From: Balanoglossus misakiensis
Lineage: Eukaryota > Animalia > Hemichordata
Direction of reading: 5' to 3'
Length of the DNA: 64,000 nucleotides
Assembly (NCBI GenBank): GCA_040954595.2
Contig: CM082593.2
Span: 8,158,043-8,222,042, forward strand
This document shows, piece after piece, positions 13,602-27,048 of this stretch (within the stretch, counting starts at the first letter, position 1; every line of letters starts with the position of its first letter). Both the position numbers and the translations under genes were made by a program. The notes below the pieces were generated by a model. It was not told the DNA's origin, did not search any database, and worked only from the letters and a program-made list of their open reading frames with translations.

Positions 13602-13955
13602 TTAAAGGGACAAAGTCTCTCTCTCGCTGCCCTTATTCCATTAATTATGTTTGATACAAGACACCGTTTATGTTAATGTACATGTGTATATATAGTGAAT
13701 CAAAATTAAACCACACACAACTTCCATCTCGTTTGTATGGTATGAGAGTAAAAATTCGCCCAAAATGAATAAATGTTAAGACCAATTATTCATTTTGGTG
13801 AGTTTGTCACTCTCGTGTCTACAAGCGGGATGGAAGGTGTGTGTGGTTTAATGTTGATTCACTATATATCCACATGTAGAATAACATAAATGGTGTCGTG
13901 TATCAAACATAATTAATGGAAAAAGGGCAGCGAGAGAGAGACTTTGTCCCTTTAA
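13602..13955. mobile_element. Family A TTAA MITE, copy 2
   Basis: Same TIRs, TTAA flanks, whole-element palindrome. Confidence 0.92.
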
Positions 13956-14797
13956 TAGGTTAGAACAATGGGCATAAAATGAACAGTGGTATAAACTTAC
14001 TAAAACCCATACTCATTGTAAATGGCTGTTCTATCATGTAAGCATCTTCCCACCTGCTCTCTTTAATGTTTTTAATATACCTTCAGGATTCAATCTAGTC
14101 TCTCAACATATTCCTATTTACCATATTTTCAATATTTGAAGAGTATGTTCTCGTTTTTTTTCCCTCTGACATTTTGCATGAAAGGGTTGTTAGCCTTGAG
14201 CTCAATATAGTTTGACTCGCTCACAAGATCTGTGCATTTGCAAGATTCTTTAATGAGAAGTAGAGTGAACGTTATGGAGTTGAAAAAGAACACCCACAAC
14301 CACCGTGTAATTAACCAATCACAAGCTTCTTCTTTTGTGTGCGTCTTTCAACTCTGAAGCACATTTTGCAGTTTACCCATCAACACTGGGATGTCAATTT
14401 AATCAGAGTAGAGTGAGAGCTGACCAGACTACATTCTGAACACTGCTCCAGTTCTTTGAATCCATGCCAGAATCGCAAGAAAACTGCACCATTCTGAACA
14501 AATATGCGAGGAGAAGCGTATTAAACCAAATTAGCCCCATGCTAGTTTCCCCAGAAATACAAATAAACAGTTTATTGCGCTGGTCCAACTTAACAGTCTT
14601 GTCACAGTCTTGTCAAGTAGCCTAGCAGTGAGGTCATTCAGCTGTGGTTATTTTTAATAACATCTGATTATCTACAAGTTCTCTCTTTGCTGTGCTTAGA
14701 TTAGTTTTGATCAATCAATACACCATGGAGGAACAGACAAAATGGCCCTAGGGAAATATTCTTGCACCTTCGCTCTAGCATGATGATGAAAAGAAAA

Positions 14798-14995
14798 AAT
14801 AGTGTCAAGGACACTGTGGTCCCATTTGAGGATTACACACAAAAAGGTATACACCAGAATAATAATCACAGGTGACATTGGCAAGCAGATATGACCTACA
14901 TGTAACTATATACAAATATGGAAATGTAAAAAAATTAACAAGGAATATATGCCCACACAATTAACTGTCATGTGTCATGGGAATCTTACAAGTGA
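14798..14995 (-). mobile_element. Truncated copy of the second HINE-like family
   Basis: Similar to 55308-55490; stem-loop agtgtc-aag-gacact next to subTIR ggtcccattt. Confidence 0.7.
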
Positions 14996-17204
14996 TGAAC
15001 AACAAATCGTAAATGTACGGAAAAAACATTCTGAGCCGGCATAATTTGTTGTGAAACAATTCTTTGCCAGTTTTGGCAGCCGAGCTTCACCACAAGGACA
15101 CACATTCAATCGGAGGAGACGTCTGTGGAGTTGGCAAGAGGAGGGCTGTGAGAGTCGACTTTGCTAAAAGCTAAACTGGCCACCAACATCAAATTTCTAA
15201 AGGGCTGTCAATCATAAAAAAAAAACATGACCTGATTTGTCCTTTGACCTTTGACATCTCTGACAACACAATAACTTTTATTGCATTTGATGGTTGCTAA
15301 GCATACATTCCGTTCAGAGTCTAGATGTGCATTTTAATCAGACACCCAAGTACAACTGTCAATGCATATCAAATCAGAACTCCGTGTATGGTCACATAAA
15401 CTGAGAACGGTTAAATAACAAAATCCATGCATTTGAAATCTTGCCCATGTGGCAATATCGTTTCCAAGCAATAGACTCCTATCATCTCCATGAATACATA
15501 TTATAAATTACTAGTTTGGGGAGTTTAAATGTCATTCACAAATGCATTTAAATCACCAGAACCTGATAAGTCTCAAACGTATTTCCCCCCTTTTGGATGT
15601 CACACGGGTCAAGGCATAGTAAAAAGCTCGTTAGGTCCTCCCGGAATCGTTAAGAATCCAGATCGAGTGAATATCAATGCTTAACTGTTTTCTAATGGGT
15701 CATCATAGCGACTGAGTACTTACATGTATTAAGATAACACTTGAGTTTATTCTTAAACTGGCTTTTAAAAGCTACATGTAAGGTTAATGAAAATTTATAG
15801 GGCTGTCGGGGGAAATTGTTTTGGTCTCTATGAACTGTGATCACACAACATTCTGCTTCACTTCTCCTGTCAATTTCACAAATTTTACAGAACTGACTCC
15901 TTTGATATCTTGGACTTTGACTTTTGTGTATAAAGATATCTGTCTGCTGAGGAAGCAAGATTTTTTAATATACCTGCATCAGAAGTCATAAAGTCTGACT
16001 TCAAATATACAATGTACAGTTCTCCACAGGATTACCGGGTAATTTAATAATCAGAAAATAGCCTAATACCCAACACAGGCATTTTTTTCAATTAACATCC
16101 AGATGGATTCTTTATATAGGTTTGCATCTCCAATTGTTTTGAGCAGAATTCATCTCTTCTGATAGTTTACATAGAAACACTGAACTCTTCTAATACAAAA
16201 GGCTATTTTGCAAGAACTCAAAGTAACAAAACAAAATACAGTCAATGATGTGAAAACAGTGATTGTACAACAACATCTTATTTTAATCACCACAAGGAAC
16301 ATACTACTTGCACAAATTTCTCCCATAACACAAATATGCAAATATTCACAATACTTCTTGATTTTTAAATTATTGAACCATTTTCATATTCAGACTGTTT
16401 TTTGGATATCTTTGGTAGTGATCACAGTTCAGACAGACAAAAACATTCATTAATACTGTACCAACATTTCATGATTCACTAAATCTTTAATCTCGTAAAT
16501 CAATTGGCACCTTGGCTTTAAGTCTGATTATTTAAAATAAGGATGTTCATGGCTTTTGCATCTTTTCTAGGCCAAGTTGGCATGATCTGACAAGTTCTGC
16601 AATGCTATCTAAACATCTCTGAAATTCCCCATTAAAAATTAACTGCCATAAAATCAGAGATTAATGTTTCATCTTCATGATCTTGCTATCTTTGTCACAT
16701 TGGTGACTTTGTTCACAAGCAAACTTTCACCTCCAGGTCAGAAGCACCACAAAGATTCCAGTTTGTTTGACCTACCGACAAGTTTCCCATATCAGATTGG
16801 TGATGTCTATGAATTATAACAGTGATATGCGACAATAAAAGATGTCCAGTATATTACACATACCATACATTGCAGTGGAAGGACAAGAGGTTCTATTCCC
16901 TGTACACATTTTGTTCTCATCTGTGAATATGATGCTTCATATCATATTGACACTTTTCTTCTGAGTTCTCAGTTTTCACTTTTCCAGGATTTCAATCTTA
17001 CTTTGCCTATCAGCTTGCATCACACATGACAATGTATAAATTCGTTTTTGAAATTTACCGAAGATCTGGTTATGGTTTTAAATATTAAAACCTCTATGGA
17101 TATAGATTCAATTTTACAGAAGTCAGTATCTCCATGTCCTGCCCCAAATCAACAGTCACATTGTATTGTGCTAATTCTTAAAATCAGCAAAATCAAACAA
17201 CAAA

Positions 17205-17440
17205 TTAAAGTGAAGGGGTCGTTGCGCAGCGTTTGTTTGTTTTTTATAAACATCCACAAATCCCTGAAATTAGATAATTCTTAGAATGAACGAAGCAGCC
17301 AACTGTAGCAAAGACTGGGCATGACAGCAACTGAAGATCCTAGTAGGTCGTGGTGACTGCAGTGGGGTTTGCTCTGTTATGGGAGGACATATTCTCATCA
17401 AGGGGGACACCCACGCGGCGCGACGACCCCTTCCCTTTAA
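17205..17440 (+). mobile_element. Family E TTAA MITE
   Basis: ttaa-agtgaaggggtcgttgcgc ... gcgcgacgaccccttccct-ttaa; deletion derivative at 26886. Confidence 0.85.
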
Positions 17441-17820
17441 AATGTATGTAAACATATTGGCAGTTTGGACAGAGTCCTTTTGAGCATCAGTCTACGATCT
17501 CTGGGAGTAAATGGTTTGACTGTTGAACCACTTAAGGGTGATAAAATAAGAGCAAGGAAATTTCCTCGTTATTTTGAAGTATAACTTGTAGTCATAACTC
17601 AATTGGATGTTGGTTTATGTACCTCATAAAAAATCACTGCTTCAGCAAAGCAATCATAACTTGCGCATTGATTATGCAAGGCATGAACTTCACATACAGA
17701 TTGTCACGTAACTTTGAACTAATTCTAGTCTTCATTACTTTTATTACAATGGGTAATGTTATGGATAAAGTGATATTTAATTTTTTTTCACATTATGATT
17801 TGAATACAGTTACAAGACCT

Positions 17821-18174
17821 TTAAAGGGATATTAGCTGTATTTGGCTTTTCGTCAGCATTTTTGCTCTGTGTGCCAAATGCAGTTTCTTGTTCTACTCCA
17901 AACAACATGCCAATATACCAAGTCGACAGCCTGTCAACATAGCATGTACATGTATGTGTGCGTGCATTGTTTTTGTTGACAACTGAATTCTAGTCCAGAC
18001 CAGAATACACATTTTGCACAATAACAATGCTGACTGTACACATATAGGTTGTGTATATATACTGGATACTGGGCATTTCATCATGTTTCAGGAAATTGAA
18101 CAGGAAACTGCAGTACATACACAAAACAAAAATACTGAAAACATAGTGCAAAGTTACAGCTAATGGAGCTTTAA
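17821..18174 (+). mobile_element. Family C TTAA MITE (uninterrupted reference copy)
   Basis: ttaa-agggatattagctgta ... tacagctaatggagct-ttaa. Confidence 0.85.
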
Positions 18175-19626
18175 TGTAGCAAACTAAATAACCAATGAGA
18201 TATAAGAGTGGCAGCCAATCAACAAACCCTACCGATATGTAACACGTGGATTACAGTGGAATTTACAATAATGATTATATCCTTTAATAATACAAAAGAT
18301 CTTGCACTGCAAAGTGTACTTTTAGACACATACTGGCACTAAATTCATGAATGCACAAGTCTGAGAAGCGTGAAAAATTGACGAGACAAATTGAAACTGC
18401 ATGTAAACAGTAACCTTGTGTAGATTTCCGATTTTATAATCCCACATAGCCAGCAGCTATTCTATAATGAAAATTGTGTGAAAGCCATTGCAAATAAACT
18501 CTTTGTTTCACAACTTTTCACTTCAGTTTTATTTTTATGTGGCTACACTTTTTTTCCAATTTCCTGAAATTACAAATTAATGACCATATTTATTTAGTCT
18601 ATCAATAAAATGTGTCCAATTATTTGGGAATGGTTTCTCATTCACTACAGCATTCTGATTTTATGTCAATATTCATAAATTTCACCTACAGGAAACATTG
18701 ATTGATTTTTAAGCGCAGAAAATAATTCTTTCAGAGCTGAACTCACAGACAGAAGTGGGTACCTAGTCAATGTTAAGCCTCAGGAACAAACAAAATCATT
18801 TCACTGTATTTTTTATTAATAGGAAATTTTTACTGTTCTACCTGATGACCGTGATAAAATGCCATGAAATGAAACGATATACAGCCAACACATTTCACAA
18901 ACTGTACAGTTAATATTTCAGAATCTGCTCTAGCATTCCCAGCTCTGCTTCTGGTTATAATCATCAGCTCTCTATACAGAAGAAAATCATTTGTTTGGCA
19001 AATTGTACAGCAAATTTCTTTCAAAAGAAAACAATATCATGAAATCTTAATATTGTGTTTAGTATCATAGACATGATTGATTGATTTAGAACATGTTTAT
19101 TGTAGATGACAATCTTGAATCAATGATAATTGTCTTGGATCTTGACAATACAGTCAAAAATCTTGAACAATTTTGATGTTAGTTTAAATGACATCAAATT
19201 TAGAAGTAATAAAAATTATCACATAAAAGTTTAGATGGTTTATCACTTATAATATATACATTGAATTTGTACTGTTAATCTTGACGCTTGAATTTATTTT
19301 ATAATTGGGGATCGATGATGAAGGAGAAAAAAAATGCTTGATTTTGAGGCTGATAGCAAAGTCTGTAATCAAAGCAGGGAAGTGATTCTTATTCGAAGGA
19401 AATGAAAGTGGGGCGTTGTATATCAAGGGATAGTGTCAGTCAGACTGACAGGAAATTGAAGGAAGAAAAGTAGGAGCATTGGGTGGAACGTGTTCATCTC
19501 ATATGCAATGTAATTTAGAATTATTTAGATGGATGATACACAGTGGAAATTTCATCCAAAGGGCCGTTCACAAAGACTTGTTCATTCTGGTGGCCTGAAA
19601 TAAAACAGTGGAGGCGTGCTGAAATA

Positions 19627-19835
19627 TACTGTAAAACGGGTTATTTTCGCGAGCAATAAATTTTCGCGAAATACGCGAGAGTTAAAAAAAGTGAGAGAAA
19701 AAAGTCGCGTAATTTTTGTTTTCAGAGATACCGATGCAGAGAAATACAAGAATGCCAAAATTAATCCTTGGGTAGCAGTTGCCTATTTTGATATCGAGAA
19801 AATTAACTGTCGCGAAAATAACCCGTTTTACAGTA
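19627..19835 (+). mobile_element. Family D TA-flanked MITE
   Basis: ta-ctgtaaaacgggttattttcgcga ... tcgcgaaaataacccgttttacag-ta. Confidence 0.9.
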
Positions 19836-20280
19836 TATCGAGAGGCATCTGATAGCTTCAAGTCAGCTGAGACTGGACAAATTAATAGTGGTTTTAAATT
19901 CAGGGAATGTATAGTTTGAAATTTGGATGATATACAGCAGCACAGATATGCTTTAGGATCAGCGAGTTGCCTTGTTGATGAAGTGACCTTTGACCCGGTC
20001 GGCGCAATATGATGGGGAAGCCTACTTGATCAGGTTAGAACTCGCACAGACAATCATTTGGGGATCAATCTCTGGACTATTCCTCATGAAAGCGTGGGTA
20101 TTTAGGATGCATCTGTGCGTTGATTGGGAAGAAACTAAGTTTGTAGCTGTCGACTGATCAGGATATGTAAATGTGGATTATTGTGCATAAATTAATACCA
20201 GGTTCAAAGACAGGCACGTAGAAAGGCTAATCTGACCACCTAATGGTGGAATGGGTATGGCCAGGCTGATTGGACGTATG

Positions 20281-20637
20281 TTAAAGCCCCTATAGCTGCC
20301 AAATTTCACATATTTTTTTCCACAGTAAAATACTTCAAATAAATTCCCTGTCCTCTAAAATCCTCACCATTAAGCCAATTACTTGCATTTGCATCAGTTT
20401 GTCATCTCTTGGCAACGCATACCACGATAGCTGCGTACTGTTTGTATGGAGGCTGATTAAATTGGTGCGGCACCGTTTCAATACATAGCGTGTTCAAATT
20501 ACAACATGCAGTCACAATCGGGCATCAATAAGGTGTTCATGTATACCTATCAGTATTTTTATTTAGGTGGACCAATTTGAGTTGGAAAATAAAATCCATG
20601 AAAATAATGCAAAAAGTGGCAGCACTAGAGGCTTTAA
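20281..20637 (-). mobile_element. Family B TTAA MITE, inverted copy
   Basis: Reverse complement of 8560-8915 with high similarity. Confidence 0.9.
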
Positions 20638-23600
20638 ATGAGATACTATGGGCAAGGAAAGATATCAGGACAAATTGTATCAGACAGGATGAATAAAAGA
20701 ACGAATTAACTGATATGTATTGTAGCTGTCTAGGTTTGTTTGTCATGAGTGATCAGTAAATGGGCACATTAGCAAACAGTGGATGAAACTATTGCAGAGA
20801 TGGTGAGATGAGTACTGGACCAGTTAATGGATGTATAGAATGATACTAGAATGGAAACATGGTAATGCATCTGAGCCCAATATAAGGACACTTGAGGGTT
20901 ACACGTACTATTTGTAGAATATTTATAATACGATTATGAAACTTTGCCGCCACTAGAACCGACATTTTCCAACACCATATTGCATTATGGGAGTACATGT
21001 ATGTATTAATCTGACTGGTCTGACGCAACAAATCCAAATTACTTCAAACCTATACACTAAGGAAGAAGTGTAGATTGCTATGACTATAACTACACTGCCA
21101 GTGAGCTATTTTCAAAATACCTGCACATAGGGTGACAAGAATGGACCAAAGTATGGCCCTGGCTAGAAATGCCTCTTTGAGTGTAGGATTTTACACATTT
21201 GAAGACAATGTCTGATCGGGCCGGAGTAGTGTCTCAAAACCAACACTGTTATCCATATCCGGAACACATCATGTCAGATCTTGTGAAAATGGAGCAGTTA
21301 CCATGGGCATTACTAAATCATGAAACAACCCAAAACGACCCAAAAACACTTACAATTGATTATCAGAACAGAAAACTCTGATAATGTTGAAGACTACTTG
21401 TGGCTTGTGATACCATTTGTCAAACAAAATACTACAACTCGCTTATCTAGAAGCGTATCACCATTACTTTACCAGTTCATGAAATTAGGCTGTATCAGAA
21501 TGACACCATTAACGTGCCGGTATACTATAACCAAATTGCCACTTTTCGGAAAACCATTCTGGAAATTAGATTATCAAGTCTAACTTGGAAATGTGAGCAA
21601 ACATAGTCTCGGTTACCCAGACTCCTCTGCTTCTTCCGTTGCCCTCCAGAAGGAGGATCTGGGGAAATACCAAAGAAAAATCTCCAGGCAAAGATGGCCG
21701 ACTCGAGGCAAAAGTGATGCATGATGGTTGCAGCCTAAAACATAAAAAATACATGCTGAGAAGTGCTGGACCTGCTGAAACTGTCCACAAATTGAAGAGA
21801 GAGAGAAGTTTGGTAAATAGTTTTCTAATATCGTCATATCATAATATCAAATTGTCATAAATGGTTTTCTCTGATTGGCTATTATACTGCTTTTTTATCT
21901 TACAAGTTCAATATTGCATTTTATTGGAAAATATGTGTGGACCTATTAACTTGGAACAAAAACAAGCTCATATAGTGAAAAACTGACTGCCAATTAAAGC
22001 ACATACCAGTACATAAACATATTGTACATATATTGAAGGCACATTGTGAACATACTTTATAATGGAGGTTTATATTTATCAGTGTGTATCTGCAATCTTT
22101 CAGGTCATCTGATTCATAGAGAAGTCAGTCGACCAGAGGAGGCTGACGCACTTCCAGCAAAGCATCCTGGGAGATTCTGATGAGTTTCTAATCATGTATT
22201 TTTTTATAAGAGGATGGAGAATGACATTCATGTCAGGCAGAACGCCTCCCCGAAGATGAGGCACTAGATGAAGCCATGGAACTCATTTCCAGATATGACA
22301 AACTCAGCAGCGAGATGAGGTCATGAAAGCCGTTTTTAGGCCACTGGAAATGGACAGCTTTCTGATTGAAAACTTTGTCTGATGCAGAGTAAGTGGGATA
22401 GTTCCATCAACCAACAAATTGCCGTACCAATTAACCACTTTGTTGCTGGGTCATTCCCTCCGTTGCTAGGCAGGGTTCATGAGAAACACACTGGCACTAC
22501 ATTACACGGCCGTTATTACAATTTTGATGGAAATGATATGGCACATCTGACTCAGTAAGTTTTCCTCTGATGAGTAGAACACCCAGTCTAATTCTGATTT
22601 GAAGCCAACACACTGTGAAGTTTTTTACTTCTATAATTTTCTCTTCTGTGACTTTTAGCCTGAAATAAATAGAGTTCCTACATGTTCACATGAAGCTCAA
22701 TTTTACACGAAAAAGGAAGCAGTATGTTAGTAACAAATAAGATCGACATTTTTGCTGATCCTAAAAACAAAATCCAAGATGACTATTAGTCCATTATATT
22801 TTCTCTTCATATCATTTTTTACCACCATTTCTGTACAACACATTCAAGTTTAGTGGCTTAAAGAATTACACAACACAAAGAGGTGTGTTGACAGGTTTGT
22901 TGATCACTGCAGCATATGAGAAAAAAAGTTGTGCCAAGGTTCATAATAATCGAAAAATCTAACTGGCAGGGTTTGCTGAATCAGGAGAAATGCATATCTG
23001 TTAGCTTCTCCGGCCTTAAATACTAATCATACGATTTTTTTGTTGTGACACTGTAAAAATCGATCATCTCAAGACTGGGGATATCTTAGTGTGCATGTGC
23101 ACTTCATTCATTTTCAGAGAACATGTCAATTCTAACCAACTTATCAGTGTACCGGTATATTCATTAAATAAAACCCCAAAATTATTCTTTGTGACCAAAA
23201 ACACTTCTAGTGCAATCCAACCTATTATTATTATTATTCCAATTATGATAGTTATAAGAATTTTTGATTTATTTATTATAGATAATGATGATCTTGACAT
23301 TTTGCCATGTCAATTTTTATCTTAACTACATTAATAATATTGAATAAAGCCACATTAAAAGTCACTGATGTAAAAAATGAAGAATGTGGAAATTTGCCCC
23401 GTAGCTGCCAAGAGCAACCCGCTGTGAGCAAAATGTTAGCTACGAAATTAAAGTCAATGGAAAATTAGGGAAACTGCACATCATATTATTCCACTAGTAA
23501 ACTATGATATATTTCGGCAGCTACATGCCAATATTTTGACATCTGGGTGTAAATGGATCATACCATGAAGAAAGCTACAAAGTGATAATGTAAAAGTAAT

Positions 23601-24771
23601 TCTCTATATAAGAAATGTTCACATACATTGCATTTTGCTCATTTAAAAGGCATGGAACTATTACCTTATTTAGTATCAGTGTGCCCTCTAAGCCCATATG
23701 ATAACAAACTCACTTAGTGACTCAAAAAAATTATCCACAATACATACATGTACAGGTATAGGACTGACTCAGAGAAATTTCTCGAAATCCTCAAGTGACC
23801 CAAATTTGTTAGAGGGCAAAGCTGGTTAATATTATGTAATTTACAATTATGGAACCATTACTAGCATGAGAAGTTGAAGAAGAAAACGAGACTAATTTCT
23901 AACCGTGAGAACGAAGAAGTAACACACTTTGAGATCAATTTGGTGCAATCAGCTTTGCAAAATTGACAGCTTACACACGGAGAATGCACCTCTTTTCTTA
24001 ACTGTAAAACACACTTAGCTCATTACCCCGTTACTTCGAGATGCCATTGGTTTGTTTCAGTGAGTAATGACTCAGCATTGAAATGCATTCACCTGGAACA
24101 TACATAATCTCTGTACATTGTACACAGCCAAAACAAACATGCATACCCTGAATGCCAACCATAGAAGCTTTGGGTTGCCACAGTTCTTTTTTCACTCATG
24201 GCTGTATGCAGGCGGTCAAATAGCCACAATGTACATTGCAGCTTTAGAAAGTGAAATGGCAATCACTAGACACTGCGTGATTAGCTGACTATTGACAGAT
24301 GGCCATTGAAGATTTAGGAAATCACACAAACCAGGGTTGCTTTGAGATAATTACCATAGTGACTAATTTTTGAGACAGCCCACAAGTCCCTTCTGATGAC
24401 AGTCTTACTGAATGATGACTATGTACTGAATGCAGCTCAGCAGTTTTTTGTGACACGAAACCATTTTAACTTTAATGCACTTGTAAACTTTGCTTTGTAG
24501 TACTTTGATTTTGATATTGATCATGCACTTCTTGACTTCTAAGGAGTTTCTGCTATGGACACATTTTGCTTTCACATGAATGGGGTTACGCTCTGGGTGG
24601 CTAATCTCCATATTGGCAGGTAGATTTCACCTTGGCAAAACTTTTTAGATGTCTTCCCATTTTTCCCTAGATGCGAAATCTGGTATGAGTGAATATGTAA
24701 ACTGGAAAGAAGGTGTTACACTCACTGTTTGGGTTCACGAAAATGGCCATTTAGTGTCCTTTTGCCCAATG

Positions 24772-24921
24772 TTAAAGGGACAAAGTCTCTCTCTTGTTGC
24801 CCTTTTTCTATTAACTATGTGTAATACAAGACACCGTTTATGTTATTCTACATATGGATATATAGTGAATCAACGTTCGACCACACACAAGGGCAGCAAG
24901 AGAGAGACTTTGTCCCTTTGA
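24772..24921. mobile_element. Family A MITE, internally deleted
   Basis: Both TIRs retained; most of the centre and right arm missing. Confidence 0.85.
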
Positions 24922-25259
24922 TAACAAAAGTTTTGGAGGCCAAATGTTGACTTCTTATATACATTCCAAAATCTACATGATAATTACCGACTTTATTTCG
25001 TTACAGAGGATAGTATTGTGACATAAGCAAAATTTGAATTAAGAGGCTTGTTTCAAATTAAATCAAGACAAACAATACCTATATATCTTTGGTTTCATTT
25101 GGCTTCACTGAGGTCAGAATGCATGACAGACACTGACAGAGACAAGTGTAGTGTGTGCACATATATTTGGGGCAAAATCATTTGCAGATGGTGAGCAGAC
25201 TTCATGCAGAAAGAGATGAAAACTAGGAAGTGCTTTCTACCAAAGCCAAGACAACTGAC

Positions 25260-25426
25260 CTTCAATAACATACACCAAGGATCCAACATCCCCTTCCTTG
25301 ATTATGCAGCTATCCTTGGGATGCTCCACTGGATACATAATTTCCACGATTTCTTGTATCTGGGAAAGTTCCAGGTTCTTCATGAAATCATTATCTAAGA
25401 TGGCCATTTTGATACATTCTTTTGCA
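25260..25426 (-). CDS. PRKG1: PKG exon 2 (start of CNB-A)
   Basis: tttgcag|[57 protein letters not shown]|gtcagt; 167 nt; not captured by the ORF track. Confidence 0.96.
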
Positions 25427-25489
25427 CTGCAAAGAGAAGATTAACATCAACGATGTTAGACTTCCATTTTGGTATGTTGTGTACATACA

Positions 25490-25500
25490 GAGATAGATAG

Positions 25501-25599
<99 letters not shown>

Positions 25600-25628
25600 T
25601 ACATACATACATACATACATACATACAT
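25490..25628. repeat. Compound microsatellite (GATA)n(CATA)n(CA)~40(CATA)n
   Basis: Direct reading. Confidence 0.97.
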
Positions 25629-26885
25629 TGCAATTTCAAGCCTATATGAACAGCTTCTATTTGCATTATGCAAATAGATAATAAGATGAAATTGGACAGT
25701 TAAAAACCACACTCCTATAACCATATACTGATATAAGCCATTGCAATTCAAATATTTGTAAAGTACAATGTTGTAAAACGTGATGTATGAATTAATTGAA
25801 GTCTGATAACTGCAGTGTCATTTTAATGAATTGACTTCAATGTACACTATAAACTGACCATTTTATCTCCCCAAACGCATAAATCTTGTAGATCGCAATC
25901 CTTAAACTTTAAAGCTGCAACCTTTGAATTTGTTGTGTAATTTAAAGACCTTGATGAAACAGGCAACTTGAGTATATTAGTAAAGATGAAATAACTCGTA
26001 TTTTTTACTGTTTTGTTTGTATTGTTTCTCACAAGTTTCATGGTTCTCTGTTACCTATATCACGCTAAATGGCCAATCATCAAATCAGCTCCACTCATGC
26101 CCAACCACTTGATACTCAGGATAATCAAATTGTACAAGAAACATAAACCACACTTCATTACAGCTCAGGAACTTTGCATTGTATAGTTCTTCTCAATCAT
26201 TCAATCAGGTTTCTTTCGCAGAAGCACGCATTATATTGATAGGCCTTTCTTCCAAAAACGCAAATTTGGAAAATATGATTTACTCATTCATTTCGCATGT
26301 AACACTTACATATTAATTGCAATTAATCTTTCGGATTATTGTGCTTGTCGTTCACTGCTTCTGAACATTGGTTTAATTTTCTTGAAGCGAACAATCATAC
26401 TATACACATGGACCGTAGAAATTTTTGTTACATAGTAGGCACAAGTTAAAGCATAAGGCAGTTACAGGTTACGTGTAATGTAATCTTGTCATTCATTTCC
26501 CCAAAGTAACTTCCATAGGTTAATTTTATTTGTCAGCTTAGGGTGTTTTCTGCATTACTGGTACAAAACATTGCTAGATTTTTAGTTTTCAAACAGTTGA
26601 ACAGATGACTGCAGTATTTTCTTCTCTCTGAGGATTACAATTTTCCTCGAATAATTCACTGAGAAAAGTTACACAAAAACTTGATGTGATTCACAGGAAA
26701 ACAAGAAGGTCATCCTTTCATTCCATTATCTATTTTCTAGAGAAGTCAACTTGAAGGATTAGGCAAGAGCTGCAAAGCCAGCTTAAGCCTTTCTATAAAT
26801 TCCCCAGACAAAGTAAGAAGAAGCTAATTTACAGTGTAGCTTGTGAACACGGCCCAAAAAGTGGTATCACGGATACTGAGTATCT

Positions 26886-27048
26886 TTAAAGGGAAGGGGA
26901 AGCAGCCAACCATAGCATAGACTGGGCATGACAGCAACTGAAGATCCTAGTAGGTCGTGGCGACTGCAGTGGGGTTTGCACTGGTATGGGGGGACATTAT
27001 TCTCATCAAGGGGGACACCCACGCGACGCGACGACCCCTTCCCTTTAA
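26886..27048 (+). mobile_element. Family E TTAA MITE, deletion derivative
   Basis: Matches 17292-17440; ends ttaaagggaagggg / ccccttccctttaa. Confidence 0.85.

Noticed and set aside
25391-25751. VCVC/HTHT-rich ORFs
   Set aside because: Translations of the (CA)n microsatellite.
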